From: Kosakonia oryzendophytica
Lineage (GTDB): Bacteria > Pseudomonadota > Gammaproteobacteria > Enterobacterales > Enterobacteriaceae
Length of the DNA: 64,000 nucleotides
Assembly (NCBI RefSeq): GCF_900094925.1
Contig: NZ_FMAY01000002.1
Span: 1-64,000 of the forward strand
Direction: 5' to 3'
The position numbers and the translations under genes were made by a program. Numbering within the stretch: the first letter of the stretch is position 1; every line of letters starts with the position of its first letter. The notes under the pieces are model-generated. The model searched no databases and was not told the DNA's origin. It saw only the letters and a list, made by a program, of their open reading frames with translations. Shown here one piece after another: positions 56,569 through 64,000 of this stretch.

Positions 56569-57569
56569 CACGTTTCGCCAGTGGACTGGTGGTGGGGAAG
56601 TTCGCCCCGCTGCATTGTGGTCATGAGCGGCTGATCAATGCCGCGCTGGCCCAGTGTGACCGCGTCTGGCTGATTAGCTATTCGCAACCGGAAATGCCGG
56701 GTTGTGAGCCAGAAAAACGCGAACGCTGGCTGCGGGAGCGGTTTCCGCAATGTGAAATCGTTGTTCTGACCCCGGAGCGCGTTGCAAGCTGGGGGCTCGG
56801 TGCGTTGCCGCATAACGATGCTCCCGGTGACCAGCATCGGCATTATATGGCCGACCTCTGTTTGCAGGTTCTGAACTGCTGCCCACAAGCGGTCTTCACC
56901 GCTGAAGATTACGGCGACGGCTTTGCCCGCGTGCTCTGTGAACGTTTTGCTCAGCCTGTGGTGCATGTACGCTTACAGCGTGAGCAGGGCGCACAGGCAC
57001 CTTCCGGCACGCTGATCCGGAGCGATGTCCACCGTTGGCGGCAGATGCTCTCGCCCAGTGTCTATCGGGATTTTGTTCAACGCATTTGCCTGCTGGGAGG
57101 TGAATCCACCGGTAAAAGCACTCTGAGCGCAGCCCTGGCGCAGGCGCTGGAGACGGTTTACGTGGCGGAATATGGCCGGGAGCGCTGGGAAGAAAAGGGC
57201 GGTGAACTGGCGTACGATGATTTGCTGATTATTGCGCAGACACAGGTAAGGCGTGAAGACGCGGCGCTAGCGGCCCGTTGGCTGGTATGCGATACCTCGC
57301 CACTCACGACGTTGTTCTATACGCTGGAGATGTTCGGCAAGGCGCCGGATGAGCTATACACACTGGCAGAGCGGCACTATCACTGGGTGGTGCTGTGTGA
57401 AGATGATTTTCCTTTTGTGCAGGACGGCACGCGGCAGGATGAAACGTTCCGCCAGCGTCAGCAGGCATGGTACGTTGACCAATTGACACAGCGCGGCATC
57501 CCTTTTCTTCGCGTGCGGGGTTCGGTAAACCAGCGCGTGGCACAAATCCTTACGGCTCTTCGCGGCTAA
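56565..57569 (+). CDS. nadR: NadR/NadM-like bifunctional NMN adenylyltransferase / ribosylnicotinamide kinase lacking the N-terminal HTH
   Basis: About 334 aa. It has an HxGH nucleotidyltransferase motif ([14 protein letters not shown]) and a P-loop kinase domain ([17 protein letters not shown]). The ATGA start/stop overlap with the upstream pnuC-like gene suggests translational coupling. Confidence 0.75.
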   Translation: MTRFASGLVVGKFAPLHCGHERLINAALAQCDRVWLISYSQPEMPGCEPEKRERWLRERFPQCEIVVLTPERVASWGLGALPHNDAPGDQHRHYMADLCLQVLNCCPQAVFTAEDYGDGFARVLCERFAQPVVHVRLQREQGAQAPSGTLIRSDVHRWRQMLSPSVYRDFVQRICLLGGESTGKSTLSAALAQALETVYVAEYGRERWEEKGGELAYDDLLIIAQTQVRREDAALAARWLVCDTSPLTTLFYTLEMFGKAPDELYTLAERHYHWVVLCEDDFPFVQDGTRQDETFRQRQQAWYVDQLTQRGIPFLRVRGSVNQRVAQILTALRG

Positions 57570-57669
57570 CACGCTTATTTTTCGCCACTATCATTGCTGC
57601 TCTCGACCTTCCCTGACTTCCGGTTTATTGTGTGAGTTCATGCCTACTGTAAACCTGGAGAATACACGC

Positions 57670-58863
57670 GTGTTTCAGAAAGTTGACGCCTACGCTGGCG
57701 ACCCGATCCTCTCTCTTATGGAGCGGTTTAAAGACGATCCGCGTAGCGACAAAGTTAACCTCAGTATCGGGCTCTATTACAACGAAGACGGCATCATTCC
57801 ACGCTTGCAGGCTGTCGCCGAAGCAGAAGCGCGCCTCAATGCGCAGCCGCACGGCGCGTCTCTGTACCTGCCGATGGAAGGGTTGAACAGTTACCGTATG
57901 GCGATTGCGCCGCTGCTGTTTGGCGCGGACCATCCCGTGCTGGAACAAAAACGTGTTGCGACAGTACAGACGTTGGGCGGTTCCGGTGCGCTGAAAGTGG
58001 GTGCAGATTTTCTGAAACGTTACTTCCCCGACTCGGGCGTATGGGTGAGCGATCCGACCTGGGAAAACCACGTTGCCATTTTTGAAGGTGCCGGTTTTGT
58101 AGTAAGTACTTACCCCTGGTACGACAATGAGACCAATGGCGTGCGTTTCTCTGCTTTCCTGGAAAAACTGAATACGCTGCCGGCACAAAGTATCGTTCTG
58201 CTCCATCCTTGCTGCCATAACCCGACCGGCGCGGATTTAACCAACGCGCAATGGGATGACGTGGTTGAGGTTGTAAAAGCACGCAATCTGATCCCCTTCC
58301 TTGATATCGCGTATCAGGGCTTTGGCGCAGGCATGGAAGAAGATGCCTACGCGATTCGCGCAATGGCCCGTGCCGGGTTGCCAGTGTTAGTCAGCAACTC
58401 CTTCTCCAAGATTTTCTCCCTGTATGGCGAGCGTGTCGGTGGCCTCTCCATTGTGTGTGAAGACGCAGCTGCCGCCGATCGCGTACTCGGTCAGTTAAAA
58501 GCCACCGTTCGCCGTAACTACTCCAGCCCGCCGAATTTTGGTGCGCAGTTGGTAGCGACCGTGCTGGGCGATGCGGGGTTGAAAGCCTCATGGCTGGCGG
58601 AAGTGGAAACGATGCGCACCCGCATTCTGGCAATGCGCCAGGAACTGGTAAAGGTTCTGAAAGAGGCGGTACCGGGCGGTAATTTTGATTATCTGATCAA
58701 GCAACGCGGCATGTTCAGCTATACCGGTCTGAGCGCACAGCAGGTAGAAAGATTGCGTGAAGAGTTCGGTATTTACCTGGTGGCCAGCGGGCGTATTTGT
58801 GTTGCCGGTCTGAATAGTCGCAATGTGCATCGTGTCGCGCAGGCTTTTGCATCAGTGATGTAA
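57670..58863 (+). CDS. tyrB: aromatic-amino-acid aminotransferase
   Basis: 397 aa from GTG 57670 ([25 protein letters not shown]…) as in E. coli, with the …[16 protein letters not shown]… PLP-lysine region. Confidence 0.95.
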   Translation: MFQKVDAYAGDPILSLMERFKDDPRSDKVNLSIGLYYNEDGIIPRLQAVAEAEARLNAQPHGASLYLPMEGLNSYRMAIAPLLFGADHPVLEQKRVATVQTLGGSGALKVGADFLKRYFPDSGVWVSDPTWENHVAIFEGAGFVVSTYPWYDNETNGVRFSAFLEKLNTLPAQSIVLLHPCCHNPTGADLTNAQWDDVVEVVKARNLIPFLDIAYQGFGAGMEEDAYAIRAMARAGLPVLVSNSFSKIFSLYGERVGGLSIVCEDAAAADRVLGQLKATVRRNYSSPPNFGAQLVATVLGDAGLKASWLAEVETMRTRILAMRQELVKVLKEAVPGGNFDYLIKQRGMFSYTGLSAQQVERLREEFGIYLVASGRICVAGLNSRNVHRVAQAFASVM

Positions 58864-59051
58864 GTACTTGCTCACATTTTCATCCTGATCCCCTGCTTTT
58901 CAGCAGGGGGTTATTCCCCCGTATTCTCTTATTCTATGGCTAATCCGCAGAAAATCCTTTGTTTCACCTGCCGCTGGGGTTATGGTCGGGTAGACTTTTG
59001 ACCGTTCGCACCATTTATAAAACATAACGAGCTGATAATTTAGGGATAAAT

Positions 59052-59762
59052 ATGCGAAAGTTCACACTTGCCCTTGGCGCTGCCTGTCTGTGGTTTACGC
59101 TGGGAGGCGCTGCGGTTTATGCCTCCGCCCCCACACCCTCTTCTGATGGCACCAATGTGGCCAAACTGGCGGAACAGGCACCCATTCATTGGGTTTCCGT
59201 CGCACAAATTGAACGTTCGCTGGTTGAACGCCCACCGATGGCGGTAGGGTTTGATATTGATGATACCGTGCTCTTTTCCAGCCCTGGTTTCTGGCGCGGG
59301 AAGAAAACCTGGTCGCCAGACAGCGAAGCGTATCTGCATAACCCGGCATTCTGGGAAAAGATGAATAACGGATGGGATGAGTTCAGTATTCCCAAAGAGG
59401 TGGCGCGGCAGCTTATCGCCATGCATGTGAAGCGCGGCGACAGCATCTGGTTCATCACCGGACGCAGCCAGACAAAAACCGAAACCGTCAGCAAAACCCT
59501 GCAGGACGATTTTCTGATCCCGGCGGCGAATATGAATCCGGTGATTTTCGCCGGTGACCAGCCCGGGCAAAATAGCAAAACGCAGTGGCTGAAGGCGAAG
59601 CAGATCCGCATCTTCTATGGTGACTCAGATAGCGACATCACGGCCGCTCGCGAAAGCGAAGCACGGCCGATCCGCGTATTACGTGCCTCCAACTCAACAT
59701 ATCGCCCGCTACCGCAGGCGGGAGCAATGGGTGAAGAGGTGATCGTCGATTCCGAATATTAG
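59052..59762 (+). CDS. aphA: class B acid phosphatase / phosphotransferase
   Basis: 236 aa with a signal peptide and a DDDD-superfamily motif (…[18 protein letters not shown]…). Confidence 0.95.
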   Translation: MRKFTLALGAACLWFTLGGAAVYASAPTPSSDGTNVAKLAEQAPIHWVSVAQIERSLVERPPMAVGFDIDDTVLFSSPGFWRGKKTWSPDSEAYLHNPAFWEKMNNGWDEFSIPKEVARQLIAMHVKRGDSIWFITGRSQTKTETVSKTLQDDFLIPAANMNPVIFAGDQPGQNSKTQWLKAKQIRIFYGDSDSDITAARESEARPIRVLRASNSTYRPLPQAGAMGEEVIVDSEY

Positions 59763-59831
59763 CCGGGGTTTACCTTTCGGCGCTATGCTGCACACTTAAG
59801 CAACATCATCTTTTCGGCTAAGGAGCAGTGA

Positions 59832-60248
59832 ATGTGGTATCAACAAACTATTACGCTTGGCGCAAAGGCGCGCGGGTTTCACCTGGTCACGGAGGAAGTG
59901 CTCGGGCAAATCCGCGATCTTTCCCGTGTGCGGATCGGTTTGTTGCATCTATTGCTTCAGCATACTTCGGCCTCTCTCACGCTGAATGAAAACTGCGACC
60001 CGACTGTGCGTTACGACATGGAACAGCACTTTCTGGACAGTGTGCCGGATAACGCCCCCTATAAGCATGATTATGAAGGGCCGGATGATATGCCATCGCA
60101 TATCAAGTCTTCTCTGCTTGGCGTATCACTATTACTGCCTGTGCAAAACGGGCGGGTACAGTTAGGTACCTGGCAGGGGATCTGGCTGGGGGAGCACCGC
60201 ATTCACGGCGGCGCGCGGAACATTATCGCCACGCTACAAGGGGAGTAG
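59832..60248 (+). CDS. yjbQ: UPF0047 (YjbQ) family protein
   Basis: 138 aa ([27 protein letters not shown]…). Confidence 0.9.
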   Translation: MWYQQTITLGAKARGFHLVTEEVLGQIRDLSRVRIGLLHLLLQHTSASLTLNENCDPTVRYDMEQHFLDSVPDNAPYKHDYEGPDDMPSHIKSSLLGVSLLLPVQNGRVQLGTWQGIWLGEHRIHGGARNIIATLQGE

Positions 60249-60384
60249 CGCCGTTCTCCCGGTAATTACTGCTTCTATCGTCAGGATTTGTAACGATCGC
60301 CGTTTTTTTCATCAATACACTACGCTTAAATAAGTCAACCGGGCCGATCGGACGATCCATCGCAACACGACGAGGAGAATCAAC

Positions 60385-60738
60385 GTGACAATTTCGGAGT
60401 TACTGCAATATTGCATGGCGAAGGCGGGCGCTGAACAGAGCGTACATAGCGACTGGAAGGCAACGCAAATCAAGGTCGCCGATGTGCTGTTTGCGATGGT
60501 GAAGGAAGTTGAGGGTCGCCCTGCGGCGTCGCTAAAAACCAGTCCGGAACTGGCGGAACTGTTGCGTGAACAGCATCAGGATGTACGCCCCAGCCGCCAC
60601 CTGAATAAAGCGCACTGGAGCACGGTGTATCTGGATGGTTCGTTACCGGACTCGCAGATTTACTATCTGGTGGATGCGTCCTACCAACAGGCGATGGAAC
60701 GGGTGCCGGAACAGGTCCGGCACCAGCTGTCAGTGTGA
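60385..60738 (+). CDS. yjbR: MmcQ/YjbR-family DNA-binding protein
   Basis: 117 aa ([31 protein letters not shown]…). Its 3' end overlaps the convergent uvrA by 9 nt, as in E. coli. Confidence 0.9.
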   Translation: MTISELLQYCMAKAGAEQSVHSDWKATQIKVADVLFAMVKEVEGRPAASLKTSPELAELLREQHQDVRPSRHLNKAHWSTVYLDGSLPDSQIYYLVDASYQQAMERVPEQVRHQLSV

Positions 60739-63573
60739 CGATTTCAGCATCGGCTTAAGAAACCGCGCCGTGTGTGAGGCTTCGCATTCGGCAACGGTTT
60801 CCGGTGTGCCGGAGACGAGGATTTCGCCGCCACCGCTGCCGCCTTCCGGGCCGAGATCGACTATCCAGTCCGCAGTTTTAATCACGTCCAGGTTATGCTC
60901 AATGACCACAATGGTATTGCCCTGATCGCGCAATTGGTGCAGCACGTCCAGTAACTGCTGGATATCGGCGAAATGCAGGCCGGTAGTGGGTTCGTCGAGA
61001 ATATAGAGCGTCTGCCCGGTTCCGCGTTTTGACAGCTCACGCGCCAGTTTCACACGCTGGGCTTCGCCGCCGGAGAGCGTGGTCGCTGACTGACCAAGAC
61101 GGATATAGGTCAGCCCAACATCCATCAGCGTTTGCAGCTTACGCGCCAGCGCGGGCACGGCATCAAAGAACTCACGTGCTTCTTCGATGGTCATATCCAA
61201 CACTTCATGGATAGTTTTGCCCTTGTATTTGATCTCCAGCGTTTCGCGGTTGTAGCGTTTGCCTTTGCACTGGTCGCACGGCACGTAAATATCCGGCAGG
61301 AAGTGCATCTCTACTTTGATCACCCCGTCACCCTGACAAGCTTCACAGCGGCCGCCGCGCACGTTAAAACTGAAGCGCCCTGGCGTATAGCCGCGCGAGC
61401 GGGATTCTGGCACGCCGGCAAACAGTTCACGCACCGGCGTGAATACGCCGGTATAGGTCGCCGGGTTGGAACGCGGCGTACGGCCTATCGGACTTTGGTC
61501 AATATCGATCACTTTATCGAAATGCTCCAGCCCGTGGATATCGCGGTATGGCGCTGGCTCGGCAATCGTCGCACCGTTTAGCTGGCGCTGCGCGATGGGG
61601 AACAGTGTATCGTTGATCAGTGTGGATTTACCCGAACCGGACACGCCGGTAATACAGGTAAAGAGACCGACCGGCAGCGTCAGCGTCACGTCTTTCAGGT
61701 TGTTGCCGCGTGCGCCGGTGAGTTTCAGTACTTTACTCGGATCGGCCGGAACACGCCGTTTCGGGATATCAATTTTGCGTTTGCCGCTCATGTATTGCCC
61801 GGTCAGCGACTCCGGCACTGCCATAATCGCGTCCAGCGTGCCTTCCGCCACAACCTGACCGCCATGTACACCCGCGCCCGGCCCAATATCGATCACATGA
61901 TCCGCTGCGCGAATGGCGTCTTCGTCATGTTCGACGACAATCACCGTGTTACCCAGATTACGCAGATGGATTAATGTGCCAAGCAGGCGCTCGTTATCGC
62001 GCTGGTGCAGACCGATTGAGGGTTCATCCAGCACATACATCACACCTACCAGACCTGCGCCAATCTGGCTTGCGAGACGGATACGCTGTGCTTCGCCGCC
62101 GGAGAGTGTTTCAGCAGAGCGTGACAGCGTCAGGTAGTTCAGTCCGACGTTAACAAGGAATTTCAGGCGGTCGCCGATCTCTTTCAGCACTTTTTCGGCA
62201 ATTTTTGCCCGCTGACCAGAGAGTTTCAGGTTGTTGAAGAAGTCCATCGCATGACCGATGCTCATATCCGAGATGGTCGGCAGCGGCGTGTTTTCAACGA
62301 AGACATGGCGCGCTTCGCGGCGCAGACGGGTGCCCTCGCAGGCGGCGCATGGACGGTTGCTGATAAACTTCGCCAGTTCCTCGCGCACCGCGCTGGATTC
62401 CGTCTCTTTATAGCGGCGCTCCATATTATGCAGCACGCCTTCAAACGGATGACGGCGCACCGAGGTGTCACCGCGATCGTTCATGTATTTGAACTCAATC
62501 GATTCTTTACCCGAACCGGAGAGGATCACTTTCTGCACGCTGGCGCTCAGGCTTTCCCATGGCGCTTCAACGTCGAATTTATAGTGTTCCGCCAGTGACT
62601 TCAGCATCTGGAAATAGTAAAAATTGCGGCGATCCCAGCCGCGGATTGCACCGCCAGCCAGCGACAGTTCCGGGTTCTGAATCACGCGGTCCGGGTCGAA
62701 ATATTGCTGCACGCCCAGACCGTCACAGGTCGGGCAAGCCCCGGCCGGGTTGTTGAAGGAAAACAGGCGCGGTTCCAGCTCGCGCATGCTGTAGCCGCAA
62801 ATGGGGCAAGCGAAGTTGGCGGAGAACAACAGCTCCTCGGCGTTGGCATCGTCCATATCGGCAACCACCGCCGTGCCACCGGAAAGCTCCAGTGCGGTTT
62901 CAAACGATTCCGCCAGGCGCTGGGCCAGATCGCTGCGGACTTTAAAACGGTCAATCACCACTTCAATGGTGTGTTTCTTTTGCAGCTCCAGTTTCGGCGG
63001 ATCGGAGAGGTCGCAGACTTCGCCATCAATACGCGCCCGGATATAGCCCTGGCTGGCGAGGTTTTCCAGCGTTTTGGTGTGTTCGCCTTTACGCTCTTTT
63101 ATCACCGGAGCCAGCAGCATCAGGCGTTTGCCTTCCGGTTGCGACAGCACGTTATCGACCATCTGGCTGACGGTTTGCGCCGCCAGCGGCACATCGTGAT
63201 CCGGGCAGCGCGGTTCGCCTACACGCGCGAAGAGCAGACGCAGATAATCGTGAATTTCAGTGATGGTCCCGACGGTGGAGCGCGGGTTATGCGAGGTCGA
63301 TTTTTGTTCGATGGAAATAGCCGGCGACAGCCCTTCAATATGGTCGACGTCCGGTTTTTCCATCAACGACAGAAACTGGCGGGCGTAGGCGGAAAGCGAT
63401 TCAACATAGCGGCGCTGCCCCTCCGCGTAAAGCGTGTCGAAAGCCAGTGAGGACTTGCCAGACCCCGACAGCCCGGTGACAACGATCAGTTTGTCGCGAG
63501 GGATGACGAGGTTGATGTTTTTGAGATTGTGGGTGCGGGCGCCCCGAACTTCTATCTTATCCAATCCATTCAC
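60730..63573 (-). CDS. uvrA: excinuclease ABC subunit A
   Basis: About 940 aa (…[39 protein letters not shown]…) with duplicated ABC ATPase modules and zinc fingers. The start codon is uncertain (GTG 63573 or TTG 63564). Confidence 0.95.
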   Translation of the reverse strand: MNGLDKIEVRGARTHNLKNINLVIPRDKLIVVTGLSGSGKSSLAFDTLYAEGQRRYVESLSAYARQFLSLMEKPDVDHIEGLSPAISIEQKSTSHNPRSTVGTITEIHDYLRLLFARVGEPRCPDHDVPLAAQTVSQMVDNVLSQPEGKRLMLLAPVIKERKGEHTKTLENLASQGYIRARIDGEVCDLSDPPKLELQKKHTIEVVIDRFKVRSDLAQRLAESFETALELSGGTAVVADMDDANAEELLFSANFACPICGYSMRELEPRLFSFNNPAGACPTCDGLGVQQYFDPDRVIQNPELSLAGGAIRGWDRRNFYYFQMLKSLAEHYKFDVEAPWESLSASVQKVILSGSGKESIEFKYMNDRGDTSVRRHPFEGVLHNMERRYKETESSAVREELAKFISNRPCAACEGTRLRREARHVFVENTPLPTISDMSIGHAMDFFNNLKLSGQRAKIAEKVLKEIGDRLKFLVNVGLNYLTLSRSAETLSGGEAQRIRLASQIGAGLVGVMYVLDEPSIGLHQRDNERLLGTLIHLRNLGNTVIVVEHDEDAIRAADHVIDIGPGAGVHGGQVVAEGTLDAIMAVPESLTGQYMSGKRKIDIPKRRVPADPSKVLKLTGARGNNLKDVTLTLPVGLFTCITGVSGSGKSTLINDTLFPIAQRQLNGATIAEPAPYRDIHGLEHFDKVIDIDQSPIGRTPRSNPATYTGVFTPVRELFAGVPESRSRGYTPGRFSFNVRGGRCEACQGDGVIKVEMHFLPDIYVPCDQCKGKRYNRETLEIKYKGKTIHEVLDMTIEEAREFFDAVPALARKLQTLMDVGLTYIRLGQSATTLSGGEAQRVKLARELSKRGTGQTLYILDEPTTGLHFADIQQLLDVLHQLRDQGNTIVVIEHNLDVIKTADWIVDLGPEGGSGGGEILVSGTPETVAECEASHTARFLKPMLKSSH

Positions 63574-63658
63574 CTTTTACCCGGAGGAACGCTATTTTGC
63601 CTGGTATGTTTGAAGGACAACCGGCGGTCAGAAACGGCTAATTATGACACAATTTAAC

Positions 63659-63674
63659 CTGAATGAATATACAG
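63659..63674. promoter_or_regulatory. shared LexA operator of the divergent uvrA / ssb promoters
   Basis: CTGAATGAATATACAG (reverse complement CTGTATATTCATTCAG) is the known uvrA-ssb SOS box. Confidence 0.9.
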
Positions 63675-63821
63675 TATTTGCATGCATCCTGGCAGCGAAT
63701 ATGTAAAAATGCGCTGCCGCGAGAGATCTCTGGAACCTGCTTCGCAGCTATCAATAAGCCATATGGAAATGGTACACTCGCGCGTTTACACTACTAAGAA
63801 ACGTTTTCAGGAGACACGATC

Positions 63822-64000
63822 ATGGCCAGCAGAGGCGTAAACAAGGTGATTCTCGTCGGTAATCTGGGCCAGGACCCGGAAGTACGCTATATGCCGAGTG
63901 GTGGCGCAGTGGCCAACATTACGCTGGCTACTTCCGAATCCTGGCGTGATAAGCAGACCGGCGAAATGAAAGAGCAGACCGAATGGCACCGCGTTGTGCT
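63822..64000 (+). CDS. ssb: single-stranded DNA-binding protein (5' part, truncated by the window end)
   Basis: [59 protein letters not shown]. Confidence 0.95.
   Translation, partial: MASRGVNKVILVGNLGQDPEVRYMPSGGAVANITLATSESWRDKQTGEMKEQTEWHRVV

Noticed and set aside
62704-63450. 248-aa plus-strand ORF and several others inside uvrA
   Set aside because: Antisense shadows of uvrA.

Overview
This is an Enterobacteriaceae chromosomal segment with Escherichia/Citrobacter-like synteny, close to the E. coli K-12 map but not identical. Gene order from left to right: 3' end of a 5S rRNA (rrn operon), yjaA-like, metA, aceB-aceA-aceK, iclR, metH, yjbB, rluF, yjbD, lysC with its lysine riboswitch, pgi, yjbEFGH, psiE, malGFE / malK-lamB-malM, ubiCA, plsB, dgkA, lexA-dinF, yjbJ, zur, dusA, pspG, qor, dnaB, alr, tyrB, aphA, yjbQ, yjbR, uvrA and the start of ssb. 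Almost all of this is conserved housekeeping content.

Against that backbone the window carries several accessory insertions. (1) An AT-rich island of about 1.45 kb between metH and yjbB holds an unrecognisable 269-aa cytoplasmic protein and an overlapping ~158-aa four-helix membrane protein. (2) An accessory block between yjbD and lysC holds a BASS-family transporter and a divergent sigma-54/CARF regulator, rtcR. rtcR controls a non-canonical operon: a long leader with a tRNA-like minihelix, an SPFH/band-7 protein, RtcB RNA ligase and a Pol-beta-type nucleotidyltransferase, with no rtcA and no rsr. (3) A hexapeptide acetyltransferase plus a GNAT acetyltransferase sit between yjbH and psiE. 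(4) An outer-membrane beta-barrel protein plus a YcaC-like isochorismatase hydrolase sit between zur and dusA. (5) A pnuC-like transporter plus an HTH-less nadR-like NMN adenylyltransferase / ribosylnicotinamide kinase pair sits between alr and tyrB.

ERIC-family intergenic repeats occur at four sites, two of them as tandem duplications. The E. coli K-12 genes arpA, pepE and yjbI are absent.
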